Of a stretch of DNA of 64,000 nucleotides, positions 9,075 to 18,856 are shown one piece after another. The notes beneath the pieces are model-generated. The model had not been told where the DNA came from, did no database searches, and saw nothing but the letters and a program-made list of their open reading frames with translations. Source of the DNA: a virus (Duplodnaviria > Heunggongvirae > Uroviricota > Caudoviricetes); IMG/VR virus record IMGVR_UViG_3300042009_000026, positions 253,368-317,367 of that record. One strand, written 5' to 3'. Each line of letters starts with the position of its first letter. The stretch's first letter is position 1. Both the position numbers and the translations under genes were made by a program.

Positions 9075-10835
9075 ATGGCTAAGCCAGTAACTAAGAAACC
9101 AGCAGTCAAGCCTGCTGTCAAAAAACGTTTTCAAGATGCAATGGGCTTCCTGGCCTCAATGGAATCTGTAGCTATTGCTGAAGACAAGAATGTATCCGTT
9201 GACGCCCCTGTTCAAAAGGACGTCAAAATCGAAATCACTGATACCGTTAAACCTAACGATGAAGTTGGTGCTTCCGTAACGAACACCCAGACCAAAGAAC
9301 TGAAAGATACTACTCAGTCTGGTCTTGCCCAAACCCAAGACGTTGGTAAAGTCTCTGTTAAAGAAACTACCGATGCTGGTAATGCTGGCGAAGAAGATGC
9401 TGTAACTAACAAAACTCCTGATGCTGTCAAGGCAGGCGAGAAAGATCTGACCACTGGTGTTGTTTCCCAGGAAGATGCTATCGAAGCCAATGAAACAGAA
9501 CACCTTGAACCAAAAGAAGCTGATGATGCTGTAATGAACGTCGAGCATGCTGTTGAAGAACTCGAAGCTAATGGTATTACGGCTGGTTCCGATAACGCTT
9601 TGCAGAAAGCTGAATCGGTAGGGAACGACCTGGAGAATATCTCTAAAGTAGAAGCTGCTCTGGAACAATATCAAACTCTGTTGGTTGGTATGCGTAAGAA
9701 AGGTGTTAAGCCTACTCCCGAGCTGGCCCGCGCTATCAAGATCTCTCTGGAATCCCATGACCGCAATTTCTTCCGTCCTATCGTTAGCTCGCTAGAAGAC
9801 TTCGCCCGCCCTGATACCCGTCTGGTTGCTAGCCGTGGTTTGGAAGCAGCTATCGGTGACAAACTGAAAGACCTGGGTGCTGCTGCCGGTAATGCTCTGC
9901 AACGTCTGATCGAAATGCTGATCGATGCTTGGAACCACTTCACTCGTGACACTCCTAAGCTGATCGAAGAACTGGATAAGACCATCAAAGCTGTACAAGG
10001 TGCTGAACTTGCTGCTGGCGAAGACCTGCAAGTTAAGTCTGCTGGTCGTCTGATGATCAATGGTAACTTTGCTGGTGATTCTGTTGACGTTGTTAAGAAC
10101 GTTGAGAAGACCGCACAACAACTGCTGGTTGACTGGCCACAAGCTCTGATCCAACTCGTACAGACCATCGAAGCTTCCGGTAAGCAAGTAGCTGTGTCTA
10201 ACGAAGACTCTGCTGGCTCTGCCCATGGCGTTGAAGAAGCTGCACAGAAAGCTCTCGAAGCTACTTTCTCTCAGTTTACCCAAGTTGATTCCGGTGAAGC
10301 CCCTAGTTCGATGGGTGCCTATGAAATCGTAACTCGTTCGCCTGTCATGCCTGGTAACAAAGCCATGTTCATTGGTATTGGTTCCGGTACTAGTGCGGCT
10401 GAGAACGTTGCCGATAAGAACTTCATGAAGTTTGAATTCGCTTCTACTGGTGATGCTGAGTCTGGTGAAGCTGGTGTTAAGATCCCTTCGAAAGAACGTG
10501 CCGTTGCTGCTCTGAATGCTGTTAAAGGCATCGTTGCTAACCTGATCGGTAAAGATACTTCGATGGGTGCTCTGAAGAACCTACGTAAGACTATCACTTC
10601 TGGTAATCCTACCGCTAAGGGTGCTGTTCAAGCTGCTCTGATGCAACACCGGATGTTCATGGGTTATCTGACCACTCTGGTTAAATCCTACATCGCATTC
10701 TATGGTCAAGTGGCTGCTGAAAGTACTGGTAAAGGCGTTGCTGTTCGTGAGAACAACCAAGCTGCTCCAACTGACGGCAAAACTAAAGACCGTACCAAAG
10801 AAGCGGATGATGAATCCGTAGTCTCCGTACAGTAA
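9075..10835 (+). CDS. Inner-head/inner-body protein (phiKZ gp162-like, phiKZ_IP family)
   Basis: Acidic propeptide with many S/A/G-x-E sites; strongly biased codon usage; SD GGAG. Confidence 0.8.
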   Translation: MAKPVTKKPAVKPAVKKRFQDAMGFLASMESVAIAEDKNVSVDAPVQKDVKIEITDTVKPNDEVGASVTNTQTKELKDTTQSGLAQTQDVGKVSVKETTDAGNAGEEDAVTNKTPDAVKAGEKDLTTGVVSQEDAIEANETEHLEPKEADDAVMNVEHAVEELEANGITAGSDNALQKAESVGNDLENISKVEAALEQYQTLLVGMRKKGVKPTPELARAIKISLESHDRNFFRPIVSSLEDFARPDTRLVASRGLEAAIGDKLKDLGAAAGNALQRLIEMLIDAWNHFTRDTPKLIEELDKTIKAVQGAELAAGEDLQVKSAGRLMINGNFAGDSVDVVKNVEKTAQQLLVDWPQALIQLVQTIEASGKQVAVSNEDSAGSAHGVEEAAQKALEATFSQFTQVDSGEAPSSMGAYEIVTRSPVMPGNKAMFIGIGSGTSAAENVADKNFMKFEFASTGDAESGEAGVKIPSKERAVAALNAVKGIVANLIGKDTSMGALKNLRKTITSGNPTAKGAVQAALMQHRMFMGYLTTLVKSYIAFYGQVAAESTGKGVAVRENNQAAPTDGKTKDRTKEADDESVVSVQ

Positions 10836-10844
10836 GGTATTCCC

Positions 10845-12008
10845 ATGGCCGATATCACTCTAACACAGGTTGACGCTGACCTGGCCCGACTGAACCAGTA
10901 CAACCTGGCTCTCGAAGGTTTCCAGCGTGTGATGGAAGGTCGTGAGATCGTTACTGGTCCACTGGCGGTGGCAATGCGCATCGCCTTGGAGGACGCTGAA
11001 GTTGATCAGGATGATGACAAAGGCGTTACGGGTAAAGACATTGCGACTGGATTTAAGAAAGTAGCTATTACTGTTAAGAACATTATTCAGTGGCTATTGC
11101 GTACAATTGGTAAGCTGGTTGAGAAACTCGGCCTTGGGATGCAACGTCTGGGTGAGAAAGGCCGTAAGGTTAAACAAGCTCTAGCGGAAATGCCTGAAGC
11201 TGCCCGTGCCAGTCTGGGTAAAGGTGATGCTTCTGAGATTCCTCAGGACGTCTTACAACCAGAGATGCTTGCTATTGCTGGTGAATTTGTAGGCAATGAC
11301 ATTGAAGCAATTAACAACGTCATTAAGATGGGTACTTACATCAATGGAGATTTCCCTAAGATGTTTGACCAGATCATGGGCACTACTGAGCAATTAGCTC
11401 GTAAGCACATGAATGATGATACCTCTGAAGAATTCTTTAAAGCTTTGGCTGCAACACTTAGTACAGGTCTCAAACGCCCTACTGTTCCTTTCAGTGGTGA
11501 TCATTTTGCTGCTGCTGTAGCTAATGAAGAAGACACAATCAACACTGTTCCTTTGATGGGTGACCAAGGTTTCGTAATGCCTGATCCGAAAGGCTCCGGT
11601 ACACTAAACGAAAACAACCCTATTGAACAGCTGCGTGGTTATTTTGTATGGCACTTCGGTGACTACAATACTAAGAGCACAGGTTCTGTTGATATCCCAG
11701 TAGTTGACTTCGCAACAATCTCTAAGATTACCGATTTGATCGATAAGTCTATCAATGATAATATCGATAGTTCTAGTGAACTTAAGTCATTGATGGATAA
11801 ACGTGTAAGTGCAACTAATGCATTACTCGATGAAATGGCAAAAGGAGATGGCCCTGGTGCACGTGGTGAGATCGCTATGTGTGTCGGTGTAATGCTTCAA
11901 CGCTTCGCTGATTGCCTAACGAATATTCATGGTTGGTACGCACGTACATTGACACAAGAACTTGGTTATCTGAATACTTGCATCGATGTAGCCTCTAAAG
12001 GCAAATAA
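10845..12008 (+). CDS. Inner-head protein paralog (phiKZ gp163-like)
   Basis: Similar to ORF 9075 (LAVAMRIALE; MLAIAGEFVG vs LMINGNFAG; PLMGD vs PVMPGN). Confidence 0.8.
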   Translation: MADITLTQVDADLARLNQYNLALEGFQRVMEGREIVTGPLAVAMRIALEDAEVDQDDDKGVTGKDIATGFKKVAITVKNIIQWLLRTIGKLVEKLGLGMQRLGEKGRKVKQALAEMPEAARASLGKGDASEIPQDVLQPEMLAIAGEFVGNDIEAINNVIKMGTYINGDFPKMFDQIMGTTEQLARKHMNDDTSEEFFKALAATLSTGLKRPTVPFSGDHFAAAVANEEDTINTVPLMGDQGFVMPDPKGSGTLNENNPIEQLRGYFVWHFGDYNTKSTGSVDIPVVDFATISKITDLIDKSINDNIDSSSELKSLMDKRVSATNALLDEMAKGDGPGARGEIAMCVGVMLQRFADCLTNIHGWYARTLTQELGYLNTCIDVASKGK

Positions 12009-12017
12009 CGACATAGT

Positions 12018-12037
12018 GGCTTCCCTTGCGGGAAGCC
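12018..12037. terminator. Bidirectional hairpin between convergent genes
   Basis: GGCTTCCC-TTGC-GGGAAGCC flanked by ACGACATA and TATGCTGT. Confidence 0.8.
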
Positions 12038-12048
12038 TTTATGCTGTC

Positions 12049-12312
12049 TCATGCTGAGCACGTATGCTTAGGGTCACCAGTGGCTTCATGGTTACATGTA
12101 GCACGCATTCCCGCTAGCACTACGGGAATGCCATTGATTGTAAAGATCGCACTGCCTTGCGGCATTATAGCGCTTGCATGGGAACCACTACCATGTCCAG
12201 TTACACTTGCCCCCATCGTAGCGATAGGGACACCATTGATTGTAGCGATGGATTGGGTGGGTTGGATAATCCCACCTGCTGTATCAATACCTGCTCTTGC
12301 AATACCACTCAT
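12049..12312 (-). CDS. PAAR-like spike tip protein
   Basis: 87 aa; IARAG, INGVPIATMG and INGIPVVLAG repeats; His/Cys metal ligands; follows the spike gene. Confidence 0.85.
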   Translation of the reverse strand: MSGIARAGIDTAGGIIQPTQSIATINGVPIATMGASVTGHGSGSHASAIMPQGSAIFTINGIPVVLAGMRATCNHEATGDPKHTCSA

Positions 12313-12315
12313 ATG

Positions 12316-13182
12316 TCACCCTACGATTGCGAAACCACCAGATGCTTTAATCAAAACCTTACCGCCACCGATAGTGACGTCAGGAGCCGCTATGTTGACT
12401 GTTTGTGACGTACTGGTAACATTAGTCGTCTGAGTACTTACCGTGTCAGGAGTGAGCTTATAGACGGTCCCACCTACGGTTAACGTAATAGATTCTGCAG
12501 CAAACAATTCAATTGTCTTTCTTTCGATCTTAATGAAGGTACCATCGGCATTCTTCATTTGGATTCGGTTCTCACGGGAAACAATTTCGATCTCGTTATT
12601 GATATCATCCGTAATTGTGAATTCACCGGTATCTGTATTGAACTGTTGGGTATAAGCATACGGTTCACCGTTCGCTTTGGATGTACCAAAGGTAAAGTGT
12701 TTGTCATGTGCTGATACGGCCATGTAATAACACGTATTGAAGTCAACGCCTGCACCACCAGGAGTAGGAGAAGCATTCCAGGTATAGACAACAGATTCTA
12801 ATGCCCGTAGTTCGTTCTTTAAGGCCAGTGAGCGCCAATAGTATTTGTCTGAGTCTCCTAGTCGCCATACTTCTACGAGTTCGTTACGCATGATGTCAGG
12901 AGGTGTAGCACGGTTATCCTCAGAAGGTAACCATTCACAGGGAACAGATCGTTCAGCTGTTGTTTTGACTTGGTGAGTTGCTCCGCTAGTGTCTTGCCAT
13001 TCCCTTACGGTTTCTTTGGGATCAAATTTGATTTCCCCATCAGTAGCCATTGCCTTCTCGTTCATGAGAACGTTCAGTGTTTTAGACTTGCGGGGCTTGT
13101 TCTCTTTAGACGTACCGATAGAAACTAATCGGAACATGGATGCGGCTTGGCCGCTTATTGGTTTCTGTGAAGCTTGTTCCAT
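12316..13182 (-). CDS. Baseplate central spike protein (phiKZ gp164-like)
   Basis: ATG 13182 with AAGGA SD; beta-strand-rich C-terminus; adjacent PAAR gene. Confidence 0.7.
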   Translation of the reverse strand: MEQASQKPISGQAASMFRLVSIGTSKENKPRKSKTLNVLMNEKAMATDGEIKFDPKETVREWQDTSGATHQVKTTAERSVPCEWLPSEDNRATPPDIMRNELVEVWRLGDSDKYYWRSLALKNELRALESVVYTWNASPTPGGAGVDFNTCYYMAVSAHDKHFTFGTSKANGEPYAYTQQFNTDTGEFTITDDINNEIEIVSRENRIQMKNADGTFIKIERKTIELFAAESITLTVGGTVYKLTPDTVSTQTTNVTSTSQTVNIAAPDVTIGGGKVLIKASGGFAIVG

Positions 13183-13264
13183 TTTGATATCCTTGAAGAT
13201 TATACTCAAGAGCCAGATCTAATGTAGACAACGGCGCTAAGAATAAGGAAGGGGGCTTTTTACT

Positions 13265-15757
13265 GTGTATCTAAGTTTAGTAAAGTTAGAGCGATACAAA
13301 CGATTGATGTTATCGAACATCCAAAGTTTGGAATGGACACCAACAAAGAACCTGATGGTAATTATTGGTAGCAATGGTTCGGGTAAGTCCTCATTGCTTG
13401 ATGAGCTATCCCCACTACCTTCTCATCACTCTCAATTCGAGAAAGATGGCAGTAAGACAGTACACTGCATGCACCGTAATGCTCGGTATGTATTGCATTC
13501 ACATTACGATCGTGGTACAGGTCATCATTCATTTATCCGTGATGACATTGAACTGAATGAAGGTGGTACCTATCAAATTCAACTTGATCTCTGTAAGCAA
13601 GAGTTCGGGTTACAGCAAGACATCCAAGATTTGATGACTGGACGTACTAAGTTCTCTCAGCTCCCAGTTAACAAACGTCGTGATTGGTTGACTCGTGCAT
13701 CTCCAGTAGACCTGGGTTATGCGTTTAACATATTGTCCAAAGTTACAGATGCTGCCCGTGCACAGAAGAATGTTATCGATCACATGACTAAGCGTCTAGC
13801 GAATGAAAACATTGATATGCTGGATGACTCAGAGATTTCTCGACTGCGTCAAGAACGTCAGCGGTTGACTGATCGGGTTAACACATTGTTCCTGCATCGG
13901 AATCCTTCATCCAAACGTGGCTTTGCTCACAACGGACATGCTAAAGAAGAACTGGATGCACTCATCTACGATGCCAAGTGGCTACTGCGCCAATACCCAC
14001 GCCTGACTGATAACACTCGGGTTGTCAATAAAGGCGAGTATAACCAGATCGTTAACCAACGTCTGGCTAACGTACAAGCTGCGCAAGCAGTAATTGATCG
14101 GTTGTTAGAAGAACTTGAAACTATTCGTGCTACAACACCAGCACAGATGGATAAGATCTCACCTGAGGATCTAGCTGAGTTGAAAGAGAGATTGCAACAT
14201 CACTTAACAACTGCGAATGAACAAAGCAGTGTGATGAAAGCTTATCAAGGCTCGATCCCTTTGTGTCGTACAGGATTATTTGGTGATCAACATGCTCGGT
14301 TAGAAGATGCATTTGATCGTGCTTACGGTATTGTGATGTCCATCCCTAACAACGAAGATGGGGAAATGTCCACAGCCATTGCGCAAAACAAAAAAGAACA
14401 ACTGAAAGAGTTCAAACATAAACTGCGTAGCATCGAAGAGTTTATCTCCGAGACAATGCGTCGCATTGCTACATTAAAAGGATGCGACCATGTACAGTGT
14501 CCAAATTGCCAACACACATTCGCTCCTGGTGTAGATCCGAAAGATATACCGCAACTGGAAGAAAGACTGCGAAAAGCCTCCGAGGCAGAAGCTCATTTCC
14601 AACGTGAGATAAAAGCCATTGATGAGTACTTGGAACGGTATGTTGATTATGCTGGCTATGTACAGCAATTCCAACAAATTACCAGGGATCATCGTGACTA
14701 CGCGGCAGTATGGGAATGGATGGTCGGTGAAGGTAGACTGTTCCGTTCACCTAAGTCGATTGCCACAGATGTAATTAGCTGGCACACTGCACAACAGGCG
14801 ATGATCGAAACAGAAATCCAGATCGAACACAGTAAGCAGATAGAAGCTCGTTTGAAAGTTATCGAAGAGATTGACTTTGATGCTGCAGGTTACATGATGC
14901 AACGAGCTATAGACCTGGAAACAGAAGTCAATGTTAAACTGTTGCAACAACAATCTACTCGGGATGCAATCGAAGCATATATGCATTCGGGTAATGATGT
15001 TGATGTATTCATTGGTAAAGTGAATGGTTGTTTGGAATCATTTGCTAAATGGCGCGAACTGGCTCTGCAACATGCCGAGTGGTTGTTGGACCAAGCGTTT
15101 ACTTCTGAGATCGATGCTACTCACCAACAACTAGCCACTACTGGTAATCGTTTGCGTGAAGCAGAACGTCGGGATACAGAAATTCGTTTGCTGGAAGATA
15201 CGGTAGCTGATGCAGCTGATGCTTATACAGACTTACAACTCCTGGCTAAAGCGCTTTCCCCTAAAGGTGGATTGATTGGTCAGTACATGTTGGGGTTTTT
15301 GCAGGGGGTAACTAAATTGGTTAATACAGTCATCGAAGATGTCTGGACTTACCCAATGGAAGTATTGCCTTCGAAGATTGATAAAGAAGATCTGGATTAT
15401 AAGTTCCCATTGAACGTATCAAATGGTGCTGTGGAACCTACCGATATCGATTTGGGTTCTGATTCACAGAAAGAGATCGTTAACTTTGCCTTCCGTATTG
15501 CATTGTTAAAGTTCATGGGCTTTGACGACTTCCCTTTGATGCTGGATGAATTCGGTCGTACCTTCGATGAACAACATCGGGCTAACTTGATTCCATTCAT
15601 TTCACGCATGATTGAGATGGGGCAATACCAACAGATTTTTTATATCAGTCACTACCAGAACACACATGGTGCCTTCAACCAAGCTGAGATTGTTGTACTT
15701 GATCCAACTAACGTTACAGTGCCAGAGCAATTCAATAAAAACATGGTGATGACATGA
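13265..15757 (+). CDS. sbcC: SbcC/Rad50-like SMC ATPase (phiKZ gp165-like)
   Basis: Walker A GSNGSGKS, coiled coils, zinc hook CPNC, Walker B LMLDE, ISH switch. Confidence 0.9.
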   Translation: MYLSLVKLERYKRLMLSNIQSLEWTPTKNLMVIIGSNGSGKSSLLDELSPLPSHHSQFEKDGSKTVHCMHRNARYVLHSHYDRGTGHHSFIRDDIELNEGGTYQIQLDLCKQEFGLQQDIQDLMTGRTKFSQLPVNKRRDWLTRASPVDLGYAFNILSKVTDAARAQKNVIDHMTKRLANENIDMLDDSEISRLRQERQRLTDRVNTLFLHRNPSSKRGFAHNGHAKEELDALIYDAKWLLRQYPRLTDNTRVVNKGEYNQIVNQRLANVQAAQAVIDRLLEELETIRATTPAQMDKISPEDLAELKERLQHHLTTANEQSSVMKAYQGSIPLCRTGLFGDQHARLEDAFDRAYGIVMSIPNNEDGEMSTAIAQNKKEQLKEFKHKLRSIEEFISETMRRIATLKGCDHVQCPNCQHTFAPGVDPKDIPQLEERLRKASEAEAHFQREIKAIDEYLERYVDYAGYVQQFQQITRDHRDYAAVWEWMVGEGRLFRSPKSIATDVISWHTAQQAMIETEIQIEHSKQIEARLKVIEEIDFDAAGYMMQRAIDLETEVNVKLLQQQSTRDAIEAYMHSGNDVDVFIGKVNGCLESFAKWRELALQHAEWLLDQAFTSEIDATHQQLATTGNRLREAERRDTEIRLLEDTVADAADAYTDLQLLAKALSPKGGLIGQYMLGFLQGVTKLVNTVIEDVWTYPMEVLPSKIDKEDLDYKFPLNVSNGAVEPTDIDLGSDSQKEIVNFAFRIALLKFMGFDDFPLMLDEFGRTFDEQHRANLIPFISRMIEMGQYQQIFYISHYQNTHGAFNQAEIVVLDPTNVTVPEQFNKNMVMT

Positions 15758-15840
15758 CCGCTGCTGCTGTTGTTATTATCGGAGGTGGCCTTGTGGTCGC
15801 CTACCGACGGTTACAAAAATTAATGTCGTAATGCATTAAT

Positions 15841-15866
15841 TCTCAGATCTATATTACAACTGTGAA
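15841..15866 (+). promoter_or_regulatory. phiKZ-type early promoter
   Basis: TCTCAGATC-TATATTAC (core 15850-15857); one of five copies. Confidence 0.8.
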
Positions 15867-15887
15867 TCTGAACCCTTAAGGACCATC

Positions 15888-16397
15888 ATGTCTACTACCT
15901 ATTCACTGAAAGCATTCGCCTCAAGTTATTCCCTGTCAATCGAACAGTTGTTCGATCGTAGCTGGATGCTCTACGATGTTACGAAACTGCGGATACTTCA
16001 TCTGGGTAATCCGATCACGTTTATCCATGATGGCAATCAGATACCTGAGTTCTTTGAGTATCGTAAACCTGGCGTTAATGGACACCAAGTTCGTGGTTCG
16101 TTTATGAACCAGGTTCATGATTTGACAGTTAACAAACGTGATATCCAAGCATGGTTTGATGCAGCTACAGGCAATCGTGATCAACGTGCAACCAATCCCT
16201 ACCGATCAAAGGATCTTTGCACTTATGGACATACCTGGTTCGAAACCATTCTGGCTACGATGAAATCCCCGAACAGTTTGTTGTGCTGGCATATCACCAA
16301 CCGCAATCAACAAATCGAAGATATCAAGAATCCCCCTCCAACGAAAGAAGCTAAGCCGAGTTTCTTCGACAACATCAAGAAAAAGCTGTTCGCTTAA
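15888..16397 (+). CDS. Hypothetical early protein
   Basis: SD TAAGGA; downstream of an early promoter. Confidence 0.75.
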   Translation: MSTTYSLKAFASSYSLSIEQLFDRSWMLYDVTKLRILHLGNPITFIHDGNQIPEFFEYRKPGVNGHQVRGSFMNQVHDLTVNKRDIQAWFDAATGNRDQRATNPYRSKDLCTYGHTWFETILATMKSPNSLLCWHITNRNQQIEDIKNPPPTKEAKPSFFDNIKKKLFA

Positions 16398-16405
16398 GGT
16401 ATTAC

Positions 16406-16810
16406 ATGGAACGCGATTACTTCAAAGAAACCCTACCAGAATTCCGTACCCCTCGTGCCAATGGTGGACTGTGGCAAAAGGATGATGTTGCACGTCATGT
16501 GACAACATGGGTTTGTACCCTGACAAACTCGCTTGAACGTGACACTTGGTTCTTTGCCGTTAAGGTAAAGCATGTTGGTGGTGAACTCGATGGACAAGAG
16601 GAAGTGCATTTCTTTCTTGATGAACGAGATGCTTGGTTGTACCGTGCAGATCGAATGGGCTCTAAAGAAGTGCACTGGGTTTCCTATGAGCGCTTCATTA
16701 ACATGCAACGCAAAGTTGTAGAAGAAGGCGAAATCAAAACGATGGACTTTTCAGCCCGTACCCTGTGGGATGGCTATACGCTACAGGAAATCCGTAATCT
16801 AAAAGTGTGA
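16406..16810 (+). CDS. Hypothetical protein
   Basis: SD TAAGG; same operon. Confidence 0.7.
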   Translation: MERDYFKETLPEFRTPRANGGLWQKDDVARHVTTWVCTLTNSLERDTWFFAVKVKHVGGELDGQEEVHFFLDERDAWLYRADRMGSKEVHWVSYERFINMQRKVVEEGEIKTMDFSARTLWDGYTLQEIRNLKV

Positions 16811-16811
16811 G

Positions 16812-17033
16812 GTGGTTATGTTAACTGCTTATAAAGTCGCTGTACTGATGGTGGTATACGGTATGATCTTCTATCTGTTCTGGATTGATGATTATCGCCG
16901 TTTGCTGACGAAACTTGTTGATCACCGCCGTGACCAACTGGGTCACTACATCAACACAACCATGGGCTGTATCCATATCGCAATGGGTATCTACATCTTC
17001 GGCTGTGTTGTCCACTTAGTCTGGAATCTATAA
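16812..17033 (+). CDS. Small two-TM membrane protein
   Basis: Two hydrophobic segments; GAGG SD (true start may be ATG 16818). Confidence 0.6.
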   Translation: MVMLTAYKVAVLMVVYGMIFYLFWIDDYRRLLTKLVDHRRDQLGHYINTTMGCIHIAMGIYIFGCVVHLVWNL

Positions 17034-17240
17034 ATGACTGAAACAGCACGCATGTTAAAACTGGTTACAGAACAAGGTCGCAGTATATCTACGGATAAAC
17101 TGTCCCTGCTCTGTATTACTGCCGATTCAATAGCTGCCGCTAATCCAGAGATCGCCAAGCGGGTTACTTCATTTGAAATGGAATGGCGCGAGATCTCTGG
17201 TACCGTGGTGCCCTTCGTAAGAATGACATTCAATGGTTGA
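17034..17240 (+). CDS. Hypothetical protein
   Basis: 68 aa, abuts the previous stop. Confidence 0.55.
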   Translation: MTETARMLKLVTEQGRSISTDKLSLLCITADSIAAANPEIAKRVTSFEMEWREISGTVVPFVRMTFNG

Positions 17241-17249
17241 TTGAAACTT

Positions 17250-17276
17250 TTTAAACAGCTATATTACAATTGTGAA
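17250..17276 (+). promoter_or_regulatory. phiKZ-type early promoter
   Basis: AAACAGC-TATATTAC (core 17260-17267)-AATTGTGAA. Confidence 0.75.
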
Positions 17277-17302
17277 TCTAGCCTATTAAAAGGAATCCAA
17301 TC

Positions 17303-17470
17303 ATGTCGACGATCAAAATCGGTAAAGTTTCGCTCAACCTCAAAACCGGTAAAGTAAATATTGATCGCCGCACGATCAAGAAAGCTGATCCTTCTTGGCA
17401 TCATGCTGCATATGTAGTAATCGGTCTGGTGGCTACAGTTGTAGTTGCCGATTATATCCGCAACAAATAA
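17303..17470 (+). CDS. 55-aa basic protein with C-terminal TM helix (not in ORF track)
   Basis: SD AAAGGA; MSTIKIGKVSLNLKTGKVNIDRRTIKKADPSWHHAAYVVIGLVATVVVADYIRNK. Confidence 0.7.
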   Translation: MSTIKIGKVSLNLKTGKVNIDRRTIKKADPSWHHAAYVVIGLVATVVVADYIRNK

Positions 17471-17503
17471 ACTGAACCTCAAAAATCAAAACGGAGTAAC
17501 ACA

Positions 17504-17677
17504 ATGAAATTTTCTACCCTCGCTGCTGTAGCTGGTATCGGTGCTGTTGGTTTCCTGGCGTACCGCTTCCTGACTGGCAACGAAGTTCTTGAAGTTCCAA
17601 CTCCAGAAGAAGCTCTTCCGGAAACTCCAGTGCTGCTTCTGCCAGCACCGACCGTGGTTGAAACTCAAGCAGAGTGA
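17504..17677 (+). CDS. 57-aa protein with N-terminal TM helix and acidic Pro-rich tail (not in ORF track)
   Basis: SD GGAG; MKFSTLAAVAGIGAVGFLAYRFLTGNEVLEVPTPEEALPETPVLLLPAPTVVETQAE. Confidence 0.7.
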   Translation: MKFSTLAAVAGIGAVGFLAYRFLTGNEVLEVPTPEEALPETPVLLLPAPTVVETQAE

Positions 17678-17684
17678 CATACCA

Positions 17685-17706
17685 CCCCCTCCTTCACGGG
17701 AGGGGG
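17685..17706. terminator. Hairpin between convergent genes
   Basis: CCCCCTCCT-TCAC-GGGAGGGGG, preceded by GACATA. Confidence 0.7.
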
Positions 17707-17723
17707 CAGGTTCAATTTTCTTT

Positions 17724-18179
17724 TTATTCGTCTTGCTCTTGAGCTTCTCGGATTAGCTTCATGCGATCCTGGAATTGATCAGATGTTTCATTAACCAAAC
17801 CAATGTGTTCTTCACCCTCAGCATGTTCGAAATTACCCAGATCTTCAAGCTTGAGTTCTGGCACACGGCCTTCTGGTACATTGTGAATTTCGCCGGGTTG
17901 AATAGCAAACGGGTTCTGGTTCTTAGCTTGACGGATAATCTCAGCCATAGCGCCCAACAGATCGTTGTTAGACTTGTTGCCTTCTTGCTCGATCTGGTTA
18001 CGCTTAGCAGCAATAGCAGTTTGAGTATGGTCTTTTGTAGCTTTAAGGATAATGTCAATATCATCCTTGTCGCATACACCTAGGCCTTTGGACATCTTCT
18101 CGATTACGATGCTCTCACGGATCTCTTGACCCCAGGCTAATTGTTCGTCATATGTCATGGCTTGAGCGGCGTGACTCAT
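17724..18179 (-). CDS. Hypothetical protein
   Basis: 151 aa, SD AAGGA. Confidence 0.7.
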   Translation of the reverse strand: MSHAAQAMTYDEQLAWGQEIRESIVIEKMSKGLGVCDKDDIDIILKATKDHTQTAIAAKRNQIEQEGNKSNNDLLGAMAEIIRQAKNQNPFAIQPGEIHNVPEGRVPELKLEDLGNFEHAEGEEHIGLVNETSDQFQDRMKLIREAQEQDE

Positions 18180-18262
18180 GGTGTGCTTCCTTATTCTTTG
18201 CGAGTAATCAAATACTCAACTGATTAACAATATACCGTAAACGGCATTCTGGAGTTCATAAG

Positions 18263-18814
18263 ATGTTCTCGAAGATCATCAATAAATACAGGGCCTGGCG
18301 ATTAAATTCCAAGCTCGAACAATATGCGGAGATCCTCGAAGACATCGACGGGGCAAACTGCAAACCTGAAGACTACCCCGTAAAACTCAAAGAATTCTGG
18401 CGGTTGTTTGATATGTCACTGTTGGATGACCTAGTCATTCGTGATGTGATGGGGCACACCGGGCAGCTAAGGCACCGTAACTTCGCACAACTCCACCAGT
18501 TGTTGTTGGATGTAAACGATGCTATTGCCAACCAGCAAGACTCCCGGATTGAATACGTAAGTCGAACAGGCGTAATGCATCAAGCAGAAGTTGAGCTCGA
18601 TAATTACTTCTTCGATCCGATCCATGGTCACTTGAACATCAAAGAGTGCCTGGAGCAACTGCGTCAACTGTTACAAGCCCATTGTGGTATCCTAGAGAAC
18701 ATCGAAGATACGTATGGGCAGCGCAAGATGCTACATGTGTACTATGACATCTATACGTTGTCAGATTTGATCATTGATATCCTTCACGATAAAGGAGAAG
18801 CCTTATTCCACTAG
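18263..18814 (+). CDS. Hypothetical protein
   Basis: 183 aa, SD GGAG. Confidence 0.7.
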   Translation: MFSKIINKYRAWRLNSKLEQYAEILEDIDGANCKPEDYPVKLKEFWRLFDMSLLDDLVIRDVMGHTGQLRHRNFAQLHQLLLDVNDAIANQQDSRIEYVSRTGVMHQAEVELDNYFFDPIHGHLNIKECLEQLRQLLQAHCGILENIEDTYGQRKMLHVYYDIYTLSDLIIDILHDKGEALFH

Positions 18815-18856
18815 ACAGGTTTTAGCACTACCAAACCCTCTTAACATCCACCGTAG

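Noticed and set aside
9156-10597. Long antisense ORFs (also 23847-24677 and 44884-45756)
   Set aside because: They shadow genes with strong codon bias and show no SD or recognisable motifs.
12026-12433. 135-aa plus-strand ORF
   Set aside because: It is antisense to the well-supported PAAR and spike genes and starts inside a terminator.
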